From Hormiphora californensis (taxonomy: Eukaryota > Animalia > Ctenophora), in the NCBI GenBank assembly GCA_020137815.1, contig CM035353.1, positions 1,860,001 to 1,924,000 on the forward strand: DNA of 64,000 bases, in the 5' to 3' direction. Both the position numbers and the translations under genes were made by a program. The notes beneath the pieces are model-generated. The model did no database searches, was not told the origin of the DNA, and was given only the letters and a program-made list of their open reading frames with translations. The number at the start of each line of letters is the position of its first letter. Positions within the stretch are counted from its first letter, which is position 1. This document shows, one piece after another, positions 1-64,000 of the stretch.

Positions 1-159
1 TCATAATGTCTATAAAATTTATTTACAAGGTATCATAATGTCTGTAAAATTTATCATTAAATGATAGACAGAGAGAGGGAGGGTCAGTTATCGGATAGGC
101 GGGTGAACAAACGTCAAACGCCTGCACGTGTCGAATTAGCTCAACCTCTCCCAACATGT

Positions 160-285
160 GCTATGTTGTTGAGCTATGTTGTTGAGCTATGTTGTTGAGC
201 TATGTTGTTGAGCTATGTTGTTGAGCTATGTTGTTGAGCTATGTTGTTGAGCTATGTTGTTGAGCTATGTTGTTGAGCTATATTG
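160..285 (+). repeat. 13-bp tandem repeat (gctatgttgttga)n
   Basis: About 9 direct copies visible. Confidence 0.9.
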
Positions 286-450
286 CCTAATGTTCCAGCC
301 AATCAGATCTCTATATATCGCTGGAGGACCAATAGGAAAATTGCTGCTTTAAAGTATATGACACTTAAAGTTAAAACATTTAAACACTACTCGCCCACTT
401 AAACCCACGTTCATTTTTCCTACGTTTTCAATTGTTATAGTGTTGGTGAA

Positions 451-1153
451 ATGCTGTGTTTCCTTCTCCTGTTTCTTCCCGCAATCGGAGCAGAAAGTTC
501 AAAACAGCTTAATTTCGTTGAAGTGACCGCGAGTGGTACGGCACACAAACTTGCTCCATCATTGACCATTGATGGTGATAACAACACTTATCATCACTCC
601 GATTATTCGGCCAGTCCAAAGTGGCTCAAATTGAAGTTGGAGTACCAATCGTATATCCATACAATTTCAATTGTCAATAGGTAAGTTTATAGGTGGGGCA
701 GCTGCTGCTATGCTTTGTTAGAGAGAGAAACGTTGTTACATTGTTAGAGAGAAACACGTTGCTACATTAATGGAGAGAAACGTTGCTATGGAGAGAGAAC
801 ATGTTATGTGGAGAAAGACTACCAGATAACCCCAAGTGGTATAATTCTATGAAATGATTAACACTGGTTTCCCTGCACTAGGCCGGGGGAATGGAATCAC
901 CGAATTATTGGAACTGAAGTGAGCATCCTACCAACACCGGACAATAAACTTGTTTGCGGTAGGATTGATGAGTTCCTCTCTACGGATACCATCGACAACG
1001 TCCCTGCTGTTGACAGGACCTACATTATTCAATGTGATGTTGAGATCCCTACAAACTACATCTACCTTTATAAGGATACCAGTTATAACAGCAAAGATTC
1101 AGATCCAATAATGACGATATGTGAAGTATGGGTGACTGGGAGTATAAATGCAA
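451..1153 (+). CDS. Secreted F-type lectin (FTP/F5-8C fold)-like protein; exons 451-680 and 882-1153, 3' end unresolved
   Basis: Signal peptide MLCFLLLFLPAIGA. A GT-AG intron at 681-881 joins ...IDGDNNTYHHS...WLKLKL...ISIVNR to PGEWNHRIIGTEV...CG...MTICEVWVTG. The H-x27-R-x-G-x4-R pattern resembles the F-type lectin fucose motif. Confidence 0.7.
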
Positions 1154-1900
1154 GTAAGTTCTGTGTGTAGCAGGAACCGACCGAACCAAGTAAACAACCA
1201 ATCAGAGCTCGCTATTTAGGTCACGTGACTGGTTATCAGCCAATCAGGGACCAGTATTTCCTGATTCGGTCGGTTCCTGGTGTGTAGTTGATGTAATGGG
1301 TGGGTGGGGATCAAATTGGGATGTGGGTCGTAAATTGCCACGGTCAAGAGACACGGGCATCTCTTGATTTGTTGCTTTACTTAAACTTCAATTTCACTAA
1401 ATTAACGATACTTTTTAAAAAGAGAGAGAGAGATAGTTGGGTTCAGTTATCTGTGGAATGTGGCTCATACATGTCTTTATAGGACAACCCTGTAGAGATT
1501 GGATTGGGCATTAATGTCTATAAATAATAGACAGAGAGAGAGGGATGGTCAGTTATCTGATTGGTCCATGGACAGACGTTATAATATTATCCAATCGTTA
1601 TAAAGGCGTGGTTAATGTTTAGTTAGTTGGGAAAGGGAGAGAGGAAGATTAGAGAGACTATTATTATAATTATTATGAGAGGATGCATGTATCCCACGTG
1701 TCGAATCTTCTCAATCTCTCCCAGCATGGCATATATATTGCTTATAATGCTATATTGTTGAGCTCTATTTTTTGCCTAATGTTCCAGCCAATCAGAAGTT
1801 TTTTCTAGCCATCTGGAGGACCAATAGGAAAACTGCTGCTATAATTCAGCTGCAATAAAAAGAACCCATCAGCGAACACGGCGAATCACAACGTTAACAT

Positions 1901-2726
1901 ATGTTTCCCTTGCTTCTTATCTTTTGGCTAGCCACCCTTGCTCACTCTGGTAGGTTAATTTAGTTAACTTTGATTCCGGTGCTCAAACCCCCGAAAACCC
2001 CCATGATCACCCCTTGAAACACAATCTTCGTATGTCGTTAATTTTCTAATATTGATATGCATGCAGATTGGGTGGACCCTCCATTAGAAAAAGATATCCC
2101 CTGGGATCTAGAGAGCAATGTTCTGCACCTCAAAACACCCTCCCGGACAAATTATGAAGGAACTGTCATCGGATCGGATGCAAATTCTGAGGTTTTCGAG
2201 ATTCGGATCTCTGTAAAATTAGACGAAACACATGTTAAAACGTCGGTTGGAGTTCACACAAAAGTGTGTCAATTTCAAGATAATGTGCAAGAGATTAAAC
2301 CTAACCAACTAGAATCGAAACTAGAATATTCGGTTTGGACACTCGCCAAAACAGAAGATGAGATGACTGTTTCAAGAGACGGTGAAATAATATTCTCGTC
2401 AAACTTGAATGTTGAATGTCCAGGGTAACTATTATTAATTTGTGTAATTAAAATTAATTTAATTCAAAACTAAAGAAACTTTTTAAACTAAACAAGTTGG
2501 GGGTTTCTTATTATGTTTGTGGTGTCTCTGAATTATGCGATTTAAAAAAACGAGAGTAATATTAGGTGTTCACGGTTACGAGCTATTTACAAGTAATTAG
2601 GTAATTAATTTCAGGCTAGCTGGAGACATTGTGGAGTCCATAAGATTCACCACAGAGGTAACGAATCAGGGGAGTGAAATATTTGAATACTTTGACAAGG
2701 AACCCTACCTGTACCCAGGTATGTGA
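1901..2726 (+). CDS. Secreted uncharacterised protein; exons 1901-1949, 2067-2424, 2615-2718/2726
   Basis: The 49-nt signal-peptide exon (MFPLLLIFWLATLAHS) and phase-compatible GT-AG introns give DWVDPPLEKDIPWDLESNVLHLKT...WTLAKT...GDIVESIRF. The domain is similar to the one at 27308-27739. Confidence 0.7.
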
Positions 2727-3109
2727 TCAGCAGCTGTGAACAACACACACTAGCCTTCTAGAGGATAATATCCAATTTTATACTCTTTGACAAGTGCATA
2801 GTGTAAATATAGCTGACAGATCTGAGTACAGAATATCAATCTGTTTACAGATCTATAAATACATATCTATGGTGTTAACTGGACAGCAAGATCACTGATA
2901 ACACATACACCATGGTGAGCAACAACATGGCAGATATATCCAGTCCAGATCCAGACACAAAACCCTACCAAGTACCCAACACATTTGGTATCACGTACAG
3001 ACTAACGACGTTATAGGGACTGGAAAGAAAACCGGTAGCATTAAGATCAAGTAAGTGTTGCTCAGTTAAAAGAGAGAGAGAGAGGAAAAGAGAGTGAGGA
3101 GAGAGAGAG

Positions 3110-3209
3110 NNNNNNNNNNNNNNNNNNNNNNNNNNNNNNNNNNNNNNNNNNNNNNNNNNNNNNNNNNNNNNNNNNNNNNNNNNNNNNNNNNNNNNNNNNN
3201 NNNNNNNNN
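3110..3209. other. Assembly gap (100 N)
   Basis: Run of 100 N next to a GA microsatellite. Confidence 1.
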
Positions 3210-3498
3210 TAAAAAACACTATATAGTAAAATAAAGTACTACCCAGTAAGTTGAATTTCTGCTGTTTGTCTACTGTTGTCCAAATTACTGTGCGGGAAAA
3301 GTGGTAGGGCACTTTAGCTACACACTACACAGTACACACAGTCAGTACAATAAACTTTGTTATTTGTTATATTAATCTGACTTGACTTATTGTTATGTAT
3401 TATCAACAATAAACAAACTGACCACTACTACAATACGCAGTGGAAATACCGTGGAAATTGGAAAATTGTTGTTGTCCGATACAAAAAGTTGCAAAAGA

Positions 3499-3570
3499 AG
3501 GTCTTACCGAGATTCGAACTCGGGTCGCGAGATTCAGAGTCTCGAGTGCTAACCGCTACACCATAAAACC
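3499..3570 (-). tRNA. tRNA-Gln(CTG)
   Basis: 72-nt cloverleaf GGTTTTATGGTGTAGCGGTTAGCAC...CT-CTG-AA...GTTCGAATC...AAGACCT followed by a TTTT Pol III terminator. Confidence 0.95.
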
Positions 3571-3715
3571 CTTGCCAAACAGTACATTTCCGAAAAGTTA
3601 TTCTGTATGTCTGACGTGTATATTGCTTCTTCCTAGAAGGCTCTTCTTTTAACATGTAAATGCGTGCTAAACAAGCTAGGTTTTTAAAATCGTTCAAATT
3701 CTCCCCAACGTTAAG

Positions 3716-3787
3716 GGTTTTATGGTGTAGCGGTTAGCACTCGAGACTCTGAATCTCGCGACCCGAGTTCGAATCTCGGTAAGACCT
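3716..3787 (+). tRNA. tRNA-Gln(CTG)
   Basis: Identical copy, divergent from the first, with TTTT downstream. Confidence 0.95.
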
Positions 3788-4087
3788 TCTTTTGCGTAAT
3801 TTTTGTTCGAATTATTTAAACATCTTTTTATTTAAACTTTCTTGAGAGTTGGCGACACTCAAAACCTTTTTAATTAATGATATGGTGAGCAAAGGAGTTT
3901 GTAAAATCGCATGTATAGCAGTAACTATCATGATACGTCATGTATATTTATTCACAAAATTCATTTGCCTGTTATACCGACTAATAAATTAGATTTAATC
4001 CTTAATTTTGTTAACTTTTGGAAAAATTGAATGCTGAAAAGGTAATTCTGAGATATTTCACATGGAAAAGTTTATTTTCGCAAAAGA

Positions 4088-4159
4088 AGGTCTTACCGAG
4101 ATTCGAACTCGGGTCGCGAGATTCAGAGTCTCGAGTGCTAACCGCTACACCATAAAACC
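4088..4159 (-). tRNA. tRNA-Gln(CTG)
   Basis: Third identical copy. Confidence 0.95.
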
Positions 4160-4307
4160 CTTGACAGAGGAGCGATTCTGGGGATTATATAGTACATCTT
4201 TGAACAGATCCTTAACCGTGCGCTCGCTCAAGGACTAAATATAATTCAGCTTGATATCTATTCAATTAAACCAAATTAGAGCCCAATTAGAGCTCTATTA
4301 GATCTCA

Positions 4308-62927
<58,620 letters not shown>

Positions 62928-63267
62928 CTGTGGAGGAGTGGTGGGGGGTTAGTCAATATATGAGCTAATTAATGGTTTGTAGGGGAGTGGGGGGTTAGTA
63001 AATGAGTTGCTCCATCACTAAATTCAATGTGGCAATTATACAAACTCCAATATTATAATCCAAACTCTTATTAAATATAATCCCTCGGCCCAATGGATAT
63101 ATTTCTCTCCCAACAACATGTTTTACAACACGAGGGATGCTGCAGTTCGACGGGAGAACGTGCTCACACAGTTTACTAACCCGACATTGCCCAATGTGAC
63201 CCCGCTGCATCCTGGGCCATCCTGTCAGAGCATTGACCCCCACAGATAGTGGGACAGATAGTGGGAC

Positions 63268-63349
<82 letters not shown>

Positions 63350-63355
63350 AGAGAG

Positions 63356-63430
<75 letters not shown>

Positions 63431-63849
63431 ATCATAGCAGATAGTCAGAGAGCGATCCATAGATTGAAGAGCACGTGTGGTGCGGTGGTTAAAAATATTC
63501 ACTCGCCACTCGCTCTCTCATGCAGTGCTACAGATAAAAGTCCTGCTGGTTGCTCATTCAGAGGACCAGTGCAGCAACCAACACATGTTGGGCTATCTGT
63601 TAGTATAGTAACGTAGCAGCTCCGTTTACTCCATCAGTATGAGACCTCATATTATCTTTACGGTACCCCTTTACCTGTTCCCTATAATCGAAGTCCTATC
63701 CTAATCATTCCCACTTTTGTCTGTTGCTCGTGCAAAATAAGGGTGCTATAACACCTTAATTTTGCAAAGCAAAAAAGCATCAAGGCATTCGCCCGGGGGG
63801 GGGGGGGGGGGGGGGGGGAATTAAAAGTTTCATTTATTTTCTGTAAGCG

Positions 63850-63982
63850 ATGCTTCGAGTTGTTTCTGTTGCAGTACTACTGGGGATGATGGCGCTGGTG
63901 AGCGCTGATGTCAAGCTTGTCAATGATAATGCTGGTACAGATGGAACTGATATTTGTGTGAGAATGTGCTCCGGAACTACCG
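63850..63982 (+). CDS. First coding exon of a further secreted protein (partial)
   Basis: MLRVVSVAVLLGMMALVSA-DVKLVNDNAGTDGTDICVRMCSGTT followed by a phase-1 GTTAGT donor. Confidence 0.6.
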
Positions 63983-64000
63983 GTTAGTTTGTTATATGTT

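Noticed and set aside
2900-3065. Possible further LRP exon(s) left of the gap (LDLNATGFLSSPYNVVSLYVIPNVLG), which would make the genes at 451-2726 nested too
   Set aside because: Splice sites are unclear, the sequence looks degraded next to the gap, and contiguity across the Ns is unproven.

Overview
Eukaryotic, intron-rich genomic window, most likely from a ctenophore (inferred from an Epsilon-type iGluR resembling Mnemiopsis ML032222a). One very large multi-exon LRP/LDL-receptor-like gene (YWTD beta-propellers + EGF) runs on the minus strand from at least 62927 to 4308 and is open at both ends. It has an unusual Kringle-FN2-F-lectin-like-F-lectin-like-FN2 insert. Its introns host several other genes: a tRNA-Gln(CTG) triplet, a hidden 60-aa amidated-peptide precursor missed by the ORF track (16290-17290), an intronless SVOP-like MFS transporter inside an intron that splits the kringle domain, a secreted sushi-domain protein and an 18-exon DD3-3-like gene. 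An intron of the DD3-3-like gene in turn holds an intronless ionotropic glutamate/glycine receptor, making it doubly nested. Two more secreted-protein genes with a duplicated upstream block lie left of a 100-N gap, and another starts at the right edge. The introns show two recurring patterns: tandem arrays made of copied splice sites, and a hAT-type MITE whose 8-bp target duplication often equals the first 8 nt of an intron. Several single-base frameshifts and garbled stretches suggest imperfect consensus quality. All gene models were spliced by eye and no database searches were run.
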